Below are positions 1-10,100 of a stretch of DNA of 64,000 bases, in pieces. The notes beneath the pieces were generated by a model. The model was given only the letters and a program-made list of their open reading frames with translations, had not been told where the DNA came from and did no database searches. This stretch comes from Streptosporangiaceae bacterium (GTDB lineage Bacteria > Actinomycetota > Actinomycetes > Streptosporangiales > Streptosporangiaceae). Both the position numbers and the translations under genes were made by a program. Every line of letters starts with the position of its first letter. The first letter of the stretch is position 1. The stretch lies in contig JAICYD010000015.1 in NCBI GenBank assembly GCA_025934375.1, positions 15,073 to 79,072 on the forward strand. Reading direction: 5' to 3'.

Positions 1-1015
1 GTGCCCGCGGGTGGTCTTCGACGAGACGGACCCGCAGGTCGGGGCGCGGGTCGTGATTCACGCCAAGCCGGACTTCAACGCATCGCGGGGGTCGTTCGCG
101 CTATCGGCCCTGGAGATCCGCGCAGTCGGGCTCGGCGAGCTGCTCGCCCGGCTGGAGCGGCTGCGCAGGTCTCTGGCCGCCGAGGGCTTGTTCGCCGCCG
201 AGCGCAAGCGGCCGCTGCCATTCCTGCCGGGCATGGTGGGACTGGTATGCGGCCGGGATTCGGCGGCCGAACGGGACGTGCTGGAGAACGCCGGCCGGCG
301 ATGGCCGGCCGTGCGCTTCCGCGTCGAGCAGGTCCCGGTTCAGGGGGCGTACGCGGTGGCAGAGGTCACCGCCGCCGTGCAGCGGCTCGATGCCGATCCC
401 GAAGTTGACGTGATCATCATCGCGCGCGGCGGCGGCTCCATCGAGGACCTGCTCCCGTTTTCAGCCGAGGAGCTGGTGCGGGCGGTCGCGGCCTGCCGGA
501 CGCCCGTGGTCTCCGCGATCGGGCACGAGCAGGACTCCCCGATCCTGGATTACGTCGCCGACCTGCGCGCCTCCACTCCCACGGACGCGGCCAAGCGCGT
601 CGTCCCCGACGTGTCAGAGCAGCTCGAGCTGGTCTCCCAGCTCCGGGACCGGGCACGGCGGGCGGTGAGCGGCTGGCTGGCCAGGGAGGAGTCCTGGCTC
701 GCGGGCGTGCGGTCACGTCCGGCCCTGGCCGACCCGGTCAGGGAAATCGAGCGGCAAGCTGAGGGCATCGGCGCGCTGGTGGCGCGCGCCCGCACGTGCC
801 TTGATTCCCGGCTGGCGCGGGCCAGCGATGACGTGGCCCACACGAGGGCACGCCTGCTCGCCCTCTCGCCGGCGTCGACGCTCAAGCGCGGTTACGCCAT
901 CGTCCAGCGCGAGGACGGCGCGGTAGTCCGCGCGGCCGCCGACGTGGGCGAGGCCGAGGCGCTGATGATCCGCTTTGCCGAAGACCACCTGATGGCCGTC
1001 CGCGCTGATGGCTAG
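1..1015 (+). CDS. xseA: Exodeoxyribonuclease VII large subunit, C-terminal part (5' end outside the window)
   Basis: The ORF is open to the window edge. The translation (...[30 protein letters not shown]...[21 protein letters not shown]...[32 protein letters not shown]) matches the conserved XseA catalytic core, and xseB follows directly. Confidence 0.85.
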   Translation, partial: CPRVVFDETDPQVGARVVIHAKPDFNASRGSFALSALEIRAVGLGELLARLERLRRSLAAEGLFAAERKRPLPFLPGMVGLVCGRDSAAERDVLENAGRRWPAVRFRVEQVPVQGAYAVAEVTAAVQRLDADPEVDVIIIARGGGSIEDLLPFSAEELVRAVAACRTPVVSAIGHEQDSPILDYVADLRASTPTDAAKRVVPDVSEQLELVSQLRDRARRAVSGWLAREESWLAGVRSRPALADPVREIERQAEGIGALVARARTCLDSRLARASDDVAHTRARLLALSPASTLKRGYAIVQREDGAVVRAAADVGEAEALMIRFAEDHLMAVRADG

Positions 1016-1141
1016 GAGGGAAGCTGGCGGCAGGCGCCAGCTGAACGCGGGGATGCCCCGGTGATCGCCGCACCGCCACGGTCTCGCGGCGGGTGAGTAA
1101 CCGACAGCCGGGCGGGCTGCGTTGAGGATAGGCTGGGTTTT

Positions 1142-1375
1142 GTGACCGATCGTGACTCGCTGTCCTACGAGCAAGCGCGCGACGAGCTGGCCAGCGTGGT
1201 GAAGCGGCTCGAGGCTGGCGGGCTGTCCCTGGAGCAGTCGCTGGAGCTGTGGGAGCGCGGCGAGAAGCTCGCCGCGATCTGCGGTGAGTGGCTGGACGGC
1301 GCCCGGGCACGGCTAAGTGCCGCCATGGCCGCCCGCAAGGAAGGCGGCGATAGGGCCGCCGACGCACCCTTCTAG
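1142..1375 (+). CDS. xseB: Exodeoxyribonuclease VII small subunit
   Basis: 77 aa. The pattern SYEQARDELASVVKRLEAGGLSLEQSLELWERGEKL is typical of XseB, and the gene lies directly downstream of xseA. Confidence 0.85.
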   Translation: MTDRDSLSYEQARDELASVVKRLEAGGLSLEQSLELWERGEKLAAICGEWLDGARARLSAAMAARKEGGDRAADAPF

Positions 1376-1546
1376 CGTCCCGTGGCGCCAGTGCTGTGCT
1401 GATTTCAGCGATGTTCACGGGAAATATTACGATTACCGGGGAGTAGCGCCGGGAGGTCCAGCTCCGGGGCGGCCGGGACCGGTAGCAGCGTCGCCGCTCC
1501 GCCGGGCAGGGGTTCGCGCCGTTTGCCCGGGACCTACCCTTATTGC

Positions 1547-2194
1547 ATGCGCGTGGATATCTGGAGTGACGTCGTCTGCCCGTGGTGCTATGTCGGGAAG
1601 GCCCGGTTCGAACGGGCGCTCGACGGGTTCCCGCACCGGGACCAGGTCGAGGTCGTCTATCACTCATTCGAGCTCGACCCCGATGCGGTGGACACCGGGG
1701 AGACGAACATCCAGATGCTGAGCAAGAAGTTCCGCATGCCAATCGCGCAGGCCTGGGAGGCGGAAGAGCGGGTGGCGGGACTGGCCCGCGCGGAGGGCCT
1801 GGAGTATCAGCCAGAACGCCCGGTCGGCAATACGTTTGATCTGCACCGAGTCCTTCACCTGGGGCGCGACAAGGGCGTGCAGGGCGACCTCGTCTCGGGG
1901 ATCTACCAGGCGCACTTCGCGCAGAACCGGCCGATCTTCGACGCGGGGGTGATCACGACGGTCGCGACCAAGGCGGGCCTGGACGCCGCGGACGTTCGCA
2001 AGGTGCTCGACAGCGACGACTACGCGGACGCCGTGCGCGCCGACGAGGCGCAGGCGCGGACGCTGGGGATCAGCGGCGTGCCGTTCTACGTGTTCGACAT
2101 GGCCCTGGGCGTGTCCGGCGCGCAGTCGGTCGAGACGTTTGGCACTGCCCTCACCAAGGGATGGGAGCGCGGGCAGGGTAATACTTCCTCATGA
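1547..2194 (+). CDS. DsbA-family (FrnE-like) thiol-disulfide oxidoreductase
   Basis: N-terminal [16 protein letters not shown] with a CPWC redox motif, and C-terminal [10 protein letters not shown]. The start is taken at ATG 1547; an upstream TTG at 1523 is also possible. Confidence 0.8.
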   Translation: MRVDIWSDVVCPWCYVGKARFERALDGFPHRDQVEVVYHSFELDPDAVDTGETNIQMLSKKFRMPIAQAWEAEERVAGLARAEGLEYQPERPVGNTFDLHRVLHLGRDKGVQGDLVSGIYQAHFAQNRPIFDAGVITTVATKAGLDAADVRKVLDSDDYADAVRADEAQARTLGISGVPFYVFDMALGVSGAQSVETFGTALTKGWERGQGNTSS

Positions 2195-3228
2195 GCGACA
2201 TGAGCGAAATCCCTACCCCGCAGACCGTCACCCGGGACACCCCCGAGAACGCGCCCAACCGGAACCTGGCGCTCGAACTGGCCCGCGTCACCGAGGCCGC
2301 CGCGATGGCCGCCGCCCGGTGGGTCGGGCGCGGCGACAAGAACGGCGCCGACGGCGCCGCCGTCAACGCCATGCGGGCGCTGATCAACTCGGTATCCATG
2401 AACGGGGTCGTCGTCATCGGCGAGGGCGAGAAGGACAACGCCCCGATGCTCTTCAACGGCGAGGAAGTCGGCGACGGGACGGGGGCAGACTGTGACGTGG
2501 CGGTCGACCCCATCGACGGGACCCGGCTGTGCGCGAATGGCATGCCGAACGCGGTCTCGGTGCTGGCGGTGGCCGAGCGCGGGTCGATGTATGACCCGTC
2601 GGCCGTGTTCTACATGAAGAAGCTGGCCACCGGGCCGGAGGCGGCGGCCGTGGTGGACATCGAGGCGCCGCCGGCGGTGAACATCGCCGCGGTCGCCAAG
2701 GCCAAGGGCGGCTCGCCGGCCGACGTGACCGTGGTCATCTTGGACCGCCCGCGGCACGCCTCCCTCATCGCGGCCGTGCGCGAGGCAGGCGCGCGGATCC
2801 AGCTCATCACCGACGGGGACGTGGCGGGGGCGATCATGGCGGCCCGCGCGGGTACCGGCATCGACTTGATGCTCGGCATCGGCGGCACTCCCGAGGGGGT
2901 CATCGCGGCGTGCGCGCTGAAGTGCCTCGGCGGCGTCATCCAGGGCAAGCTCGCGCCGCGGGATGAGGCGGAGCGGGCGAAGGCGCTAGACGCCGGGCAC
3001 GACCTTTCCCGGGTGCTGACGACCGACGACCTCGTGTCGTCGGACGACGTGTTCTTCGCGGCGACCGGGATCACGGACGGGGAGCTGGTGTCCGGCGTGC
3101 ACTACGCGCACGGCGGGGCGTCAACGCACTCGCTGGTGATGCGGGCGCGCTCGGGGACCATCCGGAGCATCAAGAGCGAGCACGCCCTGTGGAAGCTCCG
3201 TGCCTATAGCGCGGTCAATTACGGCTAG
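2191..3228 (+). CDS. glpX: Class II fructose-1,6-bisphosphatase
   Basis: 345 aa, with [37 protein letters not shown]...[14 protein letters not shown]...DPIDGT...GIGGTPEGV, characteristic of GlpX. The start overlaps the upstream stop codon. Confidence 0.9.
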   Translation: MSDMSEIPTPQTVTRDTPENAPNRNLALELARVTEAAAMAAARWVGRGDKNGADGAAVNAMRALINSVSMNGVVVIGEGEKDNAPMLFNGEEVGDGTGADCDVAVDPIDGTRLCANGMPNAVSVLAVAERGSMYDPSAVFYMKKLATGPEAAAVVDIEAPPAVNIAAVAKAKGGSPADVTVVILDRPRHASLIAAVREAGARIQLITDGDVAGAIMAARAGTGIDLMLGIGGTPEGVIAACALKCLGGVIQGKLAPRDEAERAKALDAGHDLSRVLTTDDLVSSDDVFFAATGITDGELVSGVHYAHGGASTHSLVMRARSGTIRSIKSEHALWKLRAYSAVNYG

Positions 3229-3878
3229 CCGCGGACTTCGCGGCGGCGGTTGCCGCCGGGGAGCCAGCGGCGCGGCTTTGGCGGGGCCTTGACGATGACC
3301 TCGCCAAGCAGGGCGAAGCACCGGACCTCGATCAGGGGGGCGTCCGGGGGAAGCGGCGCGGGTGCGCGGCGGGACGCCGGGCTCCCGTAGCCGTCGCTCA
3401 GGGCCGCGGCGGGCGTGGCGCCCTTCTGCCGGCCCAGCAGCATCGTGCCGCCCACGGTTACCGCGACGCCATCGGGGACGACCAGCTTGATCGTCCCGGC
3501 GACCGCGTTGGCGTGGACCACCGTGTGCCGCTCGGTCAAGATGGCCTCGCGGAAGTCCAGGATCACTTCGCCGGCCATGGCGTAGACGGTGAGCTCCTCA
3601 GGGACCACCCAGCGGCCGTAGCGGGACGCCTTGCTGAGAGCCCCGGTGATCATCCGCCCGCCGTCCACCTGGATCGGCTGCCCCTCCGGGGGCACCAGGT
3701 CATGGGTCAGCGAGGCCAGGCTGCCCAGGGTGCGTGCGGTGAGCGCGGCGTGCACCCGGCCCGAGTGCTCCTCGTCGGTCAGCCGGCCGTCGGCGAGAGC
3801 GGCGTTCAGGACGTCCACCACTCGCTCGCGATCGGCGTCTGAGGCACGCAGGTCACGGGGTGCAGGGCGCGACGGCAT
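3225..3878 (-). CDS. DUF1707 domain protein with a C-terminal LiaF-like beta-rich domain
   Basis: N-terminal [51 protein letters not shown] is the DUF1707 signature. Confidence 0.7.
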   Translation of the reverse strand: MPSRPAPRDLRASDADRERVVDVLNAALADGRLTDEEHSGRVHAALTARTLGSLASLTHDLVPPEGQPIQVDGGRMITGALSKASRYGRWVVPEELTVYAMAGEVILDFREAILTERHTVVHANAVAGTIKLVVPDGVAVTVGGTMLLGRQKGATPAAALSDGYGSPASRRAPAPLPPDAPLIEVRCFALLGEVIVKAPPKPRRWLPGGNRRREVRG

Positions 3879-3933
3879 GCCCTTAACGATAGCCCCACCC
3901 GGCGAGCCAGGCGACGGCCGCGCACGGCCTCGG

Positions 3934-5157
3934 TCATTGCCGGGTGATAACCCCGGATGACGAGATCTGGGCCGCGCTCGAGCCGAAGTCCTGTGCGGAC
4001 AGCTGGGCGACGAAGGCGGCGGACCCTCCGCCGGGCTCGGGCCGGCCTTGCCCGCTGAGCACGACAGGATAGAGGTGGGCGCGCTCGAACTGGCCGGCCG
4101 ATGACAGTGTCACCCGGAGGATCGCGCTCATGTCACGGTTGCCGCCGCTGGCGAAGTTGCCGTAGCCGGCGAAGTTCCCGAGGCTGTAGGCAATGAGGTG
4201 CCCCTTATAGAACTGCATGCCCCGCAGGACGTGCGGGCCACTGGCGATCACCAGGCTGGCGCCGGCGTCGATGGCCATGTGCGCGAACGCCTCGGCATTG
4301 CCACGGTCCTCGCCGAGGTAAATCTCTTCCTGGCCGGTCACGTGATCGGCGGTGGGCCCCTCCGCTCCAGCGTGCATGTACACCACGACGATCGGGGCCT
4401 GCTGGTGGGCCTGCTCGATCAGGGCGCGCGCGGCGGCGACGTCGAGGAGGCTGGCGGCCCAGTTATAGGGCGCGAATCCCAGGATCGCGACCTTGACCCC
4501 GTTCGCCGTCACGGTCGTTATCTGCCCCGGCAGGCCGGTCTGGGCCAGGCCAGCGGCGTGGATTGACTGCACAGTCTGCTGCTGGCCCGCGGCGCCGAAG
4601 TCGAAGGAGTGATTGTTGGCGTCGTTGAGTATCGTGAACCCGGCCTGCTTGAAGTACTGCGCGTAGCTGGGCGGATTGCGGAACGCGAAGCAGGTCGTGC
4701 CCGCGCCGGCGCCGCACTTGCTGCCCGGGGCGGTCGTGAGGGTGCCCTCGAGGTTGGCGAAGACAACCTGGGCACCCGATGTGAGGCTCGACTTCACCGC
4801 GTCGAAATACCCCGCCGGGTCCGGGGCCAGGTTCGGCGTATTCCCGAGCATCGTGTCGCCGACCGCGGTGATAGTCACCGAGGCCCCGGCTTTGGCGGCA
4901 GTCGAGCTCGCGCCTGGATGGGCCGTGCGGGCGGAGCCGGCGCCGGCCCGGGCCGGATCGGTCCATCCGGCTGAAGACCCGGTCAGAGCGGTCGAACTGG
5001 CGGATGAGCAGGCTGACGCGGCCAGCACGACGGCGCAGCCGACGGTAGCGCAGAGCCCTTTCAGCCCATGCCGCAAAGCGAGCCGGCGGCGGGCCAGGAT
5101 CGTTTGGTCCCCCATGAGGTCCAACTTAGCGATCCCGGGCCGCGAGCATCCGGACAT
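3934..5157 (-). CDS. CapA-family (PGA_cap, metallophosphatase-fold) lipoprotein
   Basis: Lipobox-like signal (VLAASAC), then VTITAVGDTMLG...VVFANLEGTLT...NDANNHSFDFG...VVVYMHAGAEG...SGPHVLRGMQ, typical of CapA. An alternative start lies at about 5115. Confidence 0.75.
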   Translation of the reverse strand: MSGCSRPGIAKLDLMGDQTILARRRLALRHGLKGLCATVGCAVVLAASACSSASSTALTGSSAGWTDPARAGAGSARTAHPGASSTAAKAGASVTITAVGDTMLGNTPNLAPDPAGYFDAVKSSLTSGAQVVFANLEGTLTTAPGSKCGAGAGTTCFAFRNPPSYAQYFKQAGFTILNDANNHSFDFGAAGQQQTVQSIHAAGLAQTGLPGQITTVTANGVKVAILGFAPYNWAASLLDVAAARALIEQAHQQAPIVVVYMHAGAEGPTADHVTGQEEIYLGEDRGNAEAFAHMAIDAGASLVIASGPHVLRGMQFYKGHLIAYSLGNFAGYGNFASGGNRDMSAILRVTLSSAGQFERAHLYPVVLSGQGRPEPGGGSAAFVAQLSAQDFGSSAAQISSSGVITRQ

Positions 5158-5193
5158 TCGCGGCGACTGTTATCACCCGGCTGCGCAGTCGCC

Positions 5194-5796
5194 CTACCCG
5201 GCTAGCCACGCGACGGCCGCCGCGACTGACGCGAAGGTGCCGGTGACGGGACCCTGGGCCACGCTCACCGACCCCTTGGCGACCTGGATGGCACGGGTGC
5301 CGTCCTCGCGGGTCAGCCCGAGCCAGGCCGCGGCCGACTGCCGCTCATCCCCGTCGGCGGTGGTGAAGCCGTCGTTGAAGACGGCCTCGGCAAGCTGCGT
5401 CAGCGCCCACCACTGCCTGGCCGGCGGGTCGATGCGGAAGGCGTGCACCCCGGCCGGGGACACCAGCTGGCTCATCTCGATGTTCTCGGTCGTAGGCCCG
5501 TACAGGTAGATCGTCGGCCCCGCGGTCACCCAGGACCCGCCGGCATCGACCACGAGGAACATGGCACGCGGGCCGCCGCCCAGCCGCCCCACGACCTGGG
5601 CCGCGTCCCCCACCAGCAGGCCATCCTCGCTGGCCAGGCCGCGGACCACCATGGATCGCCGGCCGCGGATGATCGCCGGGACCACGCTGTCCTCATCGTC
5701 TTCGTCCACGGTGGGCAGCAGGGCGCTCCAGGCGCCCCCGGCGACAAGGGCGATAGCGGCGGCCTCGTCGTCGGTCAGCATCAATGTCTCAGTCAT
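5194..5796 (-). CDS. Hypothetical acidic cytoplasmic protein (candidate immunity or chaperone partner of the upstream WXG-fusion protein)
   Basis: 200-aa ORF with normal GC3-rich codon usage, 13 bp downstream of the 5810..6706 gene on the same strand. No signal peptide, TM segment or recognisable domain. Confidence 0.6.
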   Translation of the reverse strand: MTETLMLTDDEAAAIALVAGGAWSALLPTVDEDDEDSVVPAIIRGRRSMVVRGLASEDGLLVGDAAQVVGRLGGGPRAMFLVVDAGGSWVTAGPTIYLYGPTTENIEMSQLVSPAGVHAFRIDPPARQWWALTQLAEAVFNDGFTTADGDERQSAAAWLGLTREDGTRAIQVAKGSVSVAQGPVTGTFASVAAAVAWLAG

Positions 5797-5809
5797 CGTC
5801 GTCTCGTCG

Positions 5810-6706
5810 TCAGGGCAGCAGAATGTTCAGGACGTGGTGGGACATCTTGCCGGCCATGGACCCGAGGCCGGGCAGGATCCCCTGGTTCCAGTCGGTGTGC
5901 ATCCCGGTTTGGACGGCGTCGTCGGCAAGCGACAAGCCGACCCCGAACAGGTAGGTATCGGGAAAGCTCTTGAGGATCTTGGAGCTCTCGTCGACGGTGC
6001 CGAAGACGTCGCCGTGGTAGGCGTCACGGGCCGCGCGGACCCCGTCAACGCCGACGGCCAGGACCGTAAGGGGGCCGGTGACCTTCTCCGCTCCTTCAGC
6101 CACGCCGGGCAGGACATCATGACCCCACTGGGTGACCTTCCAGCTCTTGAAGTCCATCAGCTTCGACTCCGGATTTCCGCTCAGCTCCCGCCAGGCACCG
6201 CGCACTTGATCCCAGTTCTTGGTGTACCGGCCCGTCACCCACTTGTTGTCGCCGAGGGCTTTCATCGCCTCGCGCGGCTTCCAGGTGAGTGGCTCGAACC
6301 TGAGGGCACGCTTGTCAGCCGCGTCATAGCCGCCGACGACCTTGCTGGCCAGCGAGCCACCCAGCAGAGCCCCGCCGACCAGGCCCGTGGACACGCCGGC
6401 GGTGCCGCCTGCGCTGGTTCCCGCGTCGGCAGCGGCCGCCGCGCTGGCCTGCTGCTGCTCGCGGATGTTGACGGTGAGCCGGGCATGCATGTCGGAAAGC
6501 GCGTGCGCGGTCGCGGTGAGCGCGGGGCGATGCCGCCCCTCCCATTCCTGGTGGAAGGTCGCGGCGGCCGGTCCGCGCCAGTACAGCGAGAGCTGGGCAG
6601 CCAGGTCCGCGGCGGCGGCGGAAATCTGGGCCAGCGCCTGCGCATGGTAGCCGAGTTGCCGCCCCAGGCTCTGCGCCTGGTCAACGTCCATTCCCTCGAA
6701 GGCCAA
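5810..6706 (-). CDS. WXG100-domain fusion protein (candidate T7-like secreted polymorphic toxin)
   Basis: The N-terminal ~95 aa is a WXG100 helical hairpin (MAFEGMDVDQ...LSLYWRGPAAATFHQEW, W-R-G motif). It is followed by an Ala/Gly linker, a glycine-zipper segment (GLVGGALLGGSLASKVVGG) and a ~190-aa domain I cannot assign. TTG start at 6706, preceded by AGGAG. Confidence 0.75.
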   Translation of the reverse strand: MAFEGMDVDQAQSLGRQLGYHAQALAQISAAAADLAAQLSLYWRGPAAATFHQEWEGRHRPALTATAHALSDMHARLTVNIREQQQASAAAAADAGTSAGGTAGVSTGLVGGALLGGSLASKVVGGYDAADKRALRFEPLTWKPREAMKALGDNKWVTGRYTKNWDQVRGAWRELSGNPESKLMDFKSWKVTQWGHDVLPGVAEGAEKVTGPLTVLAVGVDGVRAARDAYHGDVFGTVDESSKILKSFPDTYLFGVGLSLADDAVQTGMHTDWNQGILPGLGSMAGKMSHHVLNILLP

Positions 6707-6745
6707 GGTGGCTCCTGTAGCTGCTTGTTTCCCTGCTCAACGCAC

Positions 6746-6778
6746 CCGGCTGGCTGCGGGTCGCCCCGTGCCAGCCGG
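6746..6778 (-). other. Intercistronic stem-loop between the WXG100 gene and the WXG-fusion gene
   Basis: CCGGCTGGC (6746-6754) pairs perfectly with GCCAGCCGG (6770-6778) around a 15-nt loop, inside the 89-bp gap between the two genes. Confidence 0.4.
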
Positions 6779-6795
6779 CCTGCGCTGCGCGCTAA

Positions 6796-7068
6796 TCAGT
6801 AGTTCTGCGAGGCGGCGACCTGCTCGTGCAGGTTCGCCTGGGTGTGATGGACCATCGTCTCCAGGCCGGCGAGCGCGCTGTTCAGCTGGGACTGGTGACT
6901 CGGCCACTCCGAGGCGAACCGCTGGGCGTCGGGGCCCTTCCAGGCGCCCTCCAGCGAGTTGACCACGCCTGGCATTGCCGCGACGACGCTCTGCAGCTGC
7001 TGCTGGAGGCTGGTCATGTGCTGCAGGACCTGGGTGACCTGGTCGACATCCATGCCTTCAAAGGCCAT
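6796..7068 (-). CDS. WXG100 family (ESAT-6-like) small secreted protein
   Basis: 90 aa with a central W-K-G motif (LEGAWKGPDAQRFASEW) and a helix-turn-helix length typical of the family. Strong RBS (AAGGAGG). Lies directly downstream of the FtsK-family ATPase. Confidence 0.85.
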   Translation of the reverse strand: MAFEGMDVDQVTQVLQHMTSLQQQLQSVVAAMPGVVNSLEGAWKGPDAQRFASEWPSHQSQLNSALAGLETMVHHTQANLHEQVAASQNY

Positions 7069-7125
7069 GGGGTTTCCTCCTTACGTGCGCGGCGGCCTGG
7101 TGCCGCCGGCGTCTGTGGGTGTGGC

Positions 7126-10100
7126 TCATTCGGGGATGGCTATCTGGGCGAGGCGCGCCCGGCCCGCTTCCACCAGCAGGCCGCGCCCGGGCGGGAACTC
7201 GCTGCGCCGTGACTTGGGGAACTCGGTCTTGAAGACCAGCGAGCCGTCGGCCGGCTCGGGCTGCAGCGCCAGGCCGGTGCGAGCGGACTTGACCGCGTTG
7301 AGCAGCGGCCAGCTCTGGCCCATCGCGGAGGTCTCTCCCTCGGCGATGACCAGGTGGCCGCCGCTGGCGAGCTTCTTGATCAGCGACCCCAGCGGCATGT
7401 CGGCCGGGGTGCCGAGGAATTCGTTGATGCCCTCGATGACCACGGCGAACGGCCGGCCGGAATCCCCGTCGCGGGTGATCTCCGCCTCCAGCTTGGCGGC
7501 CAGCTCGGCGGCCTCCTGCGGGTCGGTGGCGACCTGCTGCCAGGCGCCCAGTCCGATCAGCGGCGACCGCCGGCCGCCGAAGAACACCGGGACGGTCCGC
7601 GGCTGCGCCCGCGTCATCGCGATGACGACCGTCGCCACGGCGGTGGTGCGCCCGCTGGCCGGCGGCCCGCAGACCAGGAACACTCCCTCGGGCCGGAAGC
7701 CCGTCGCGGTCAGCGTGTCGTCGGCGATGCCGATGACCGGGCGCCCGTCCGCGGTGGCGGGCAGCTCGCTGAGCCGGACCAGCTCGGGCAGTTGCTCGAC
7801 CCGCGGCGCGGCCGCCAGCCCCCGCCGTCGCATCGCCCCGGCGAGCTGTGAGATGGCGCGGGCCTGCCCGATGTTGTCCGGTGCTCCGCCCAGCACCGCG
7901 ACCTGGAGCTCGGCGCCGCTGAGGACCGCGCGGCCAGCCGGAGCGTCGGGGCCGAGGATGCCGCGGCCGATGCCGGCCATCGCGTAGTCGTTCTCGTCGG
8001 CCAGCCGCATGATGAGGCGGCGCTGGATCGAGGAGGTGAGCCGGGCCGGCAGCGCCGACAGGCGGTCCGCGGTGACGATGACGTGGATGCCCAGGGGGCG
8101 CCCGTCGGCGGCCAGCGCGTTCAGCGCCTCGAACCACTTGCCGCCATCGAGCAGCTCGTACTGCTGCCGGAAGGCGGAGTAGCCGTCCAGGAGCACCAGG
8201 ATGCGTGGCTCGGCGGGCCGGCTGGCCAGCCGGCGGTAGTCGGTGATCGTTCCGGCGCGGACGCTGGCGAAGCGGCGGGCGCGATCGTCGGCGATGGCCA
8301 TCAGCGTGCGCAGCAGCCGGTTGATCCGGTCCCGTTCATCGGCGGCGATGATCGCGCCCACGTGCGGGAGCTCACCGAGCATGTCCAGGCCGCGGGAGCT
8401 GAAGTCGATGCCGTACACCTGGCAGGGGCCGCCGCGCACGGTGAAGCCGGCCGCGAGCGCCAGCGAGCGCAGCGCCGTTGACTTGCCGGCGCCCCCGGCC
8501 CCGATGATCGCCAGGTTCCCGTCCCGGTCCGGGTAGAACACCGAGGTCACCTGCCGCTGCCGGTCCGGCTCGTCGATCACGCCGAAGACAAGCTCGTCGT
8601 CACGTCGGCTGGAGGGCAGCCTGGCCAGGTCGTAGGCGGTCGCGAGCTCACTCAGCCACGGCCGGCGCGGGGCGGGCAGTTCGGCCTGCGCGGCCGCGCG
8701 CCGGATCGTGTCGGCAATCCGCTGGATATCTGTCGGACGCCGCGACGTCTGCGAGGCCGCGCCGCCGTCTTCGGGTGCCCGCCAGCGCTGGCCGGCGCCG
8801 ATGACGAGCTCCTCGATGGTCACGTCCGGGCGGCGGTGCCCGGTCGTCGTCCAGCCGCCGACGTACGCGGACTGGAACGGGACCAGGCGGCCGGGCCCGG
8901 TCTTGGAGACGGCCCGGCCGGGTAGCGCGGGGTCGATGTGCGCGGCCTCGGCCGAGCCGAGGACGTCGGAGCTGTCGGCCTCGTCGGCCACTCGCAGCGC
9001 GAGCCGCAGGTTCGTGTTCGCGCGCAGGTTGTCCTTGATCACCCCGGCCGGCCGCTGGGTGGCCAGGACGAGGTGCAGGCCGAGGGAGCGGCCGCGCTGG
9101 GCGACGTTGACGACGCCGTCGACGAAGTCGGGCACCTCCTGGATGAGCGCGGCGAACTCGTCGACCACGATCACCAGGCTGGGCGGGGTGTCCGGGTCAC
9201 CGGCCTTCTCCAGCTCGGGCAGGTCCTTGACCTTCTTGCGGGCGAACAGGTGCTCGCGGTAGGTGAGCTCGGCACCCAGCGAGACCAGCGCCCGGCGGAC
9301 CAGGTGCGGGCTGAGGTCGGTGACCAGGCCGACCGTGTGCGGCAGGTGGACGCAGTCGCGGAACGCCGACCCGCCCTTGTAGTCGACGAGCAGGAAGTTG
9401 ACCCGCTGCGGGCTGTGCGCCGCGGCCATGGCCAGGATCCAGGTCTGCAGCAGCTCGCTCTTGCCCGCGCCGGTGGTGCCGCCGAGCAGCGCGTGCGGGC
9501 CGTGCGCGCGCAGGTCCAGGGCGTGCGGGCCGGCGGCGGCGGCGCCGCCGCCGGCCCGCAGGCCCCCCGGCCGGCGCCGGCCGGCGGCCGGGGCGGCCGG
9601 GCCGGTGAGGATGGAGGTGGACTCCTGCCAGCGCTCGATCACCGCGGCGGGATCCTCGGCGAGCCGCGGGTCGGTCAGCTCCAGCCAGGAGACCGAGCGC
9701 GGCAGGTCGCTGTCATCGTCGAGTACCGCGCCCGCGTCGATCAGCGGGGACAGCAGCCGGCTGAACGACGTCGCGGTGGGCAAGTCGACCGCTTCGACGC
9801 CGACGTGCTGGGTGGTGATCCCTGTCAGGCCGTCAGCGATGACCGCGGTCCCGTCACCGCGGGCGTCGAGGTAGGCGGTGCAGGCGGCGGGCAGGTGCTC
9901 CGCGCGGGGGGCGACCCACAGGCAGTGGATGCCCGCCGCCGGGCCGACCCGGCTGAGCTCGACCAGGCGGGCGCGGTCAGCCTGGGCGCGGGCGTCGATC
10001 ATCACGACCACCGAGGCGCCGCCGGCACTGGCGGCGCCCGCCCCGCCCGGAGGAAGCGCCCGCGAGCGGGCCAGTTCCTCGAGCTGGCCGAGCAGCGCGG

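Noticed and set aside
5194-5796. Assignment of the small acidic protein as an EspG-type T7 chaperone.
   Set aside because: It is about 200 aa against the roughly 270-300 aa usual for EspG, and I see no convincing sequence pattern match. I kept it only as a generic immunity or chaperone candidate.
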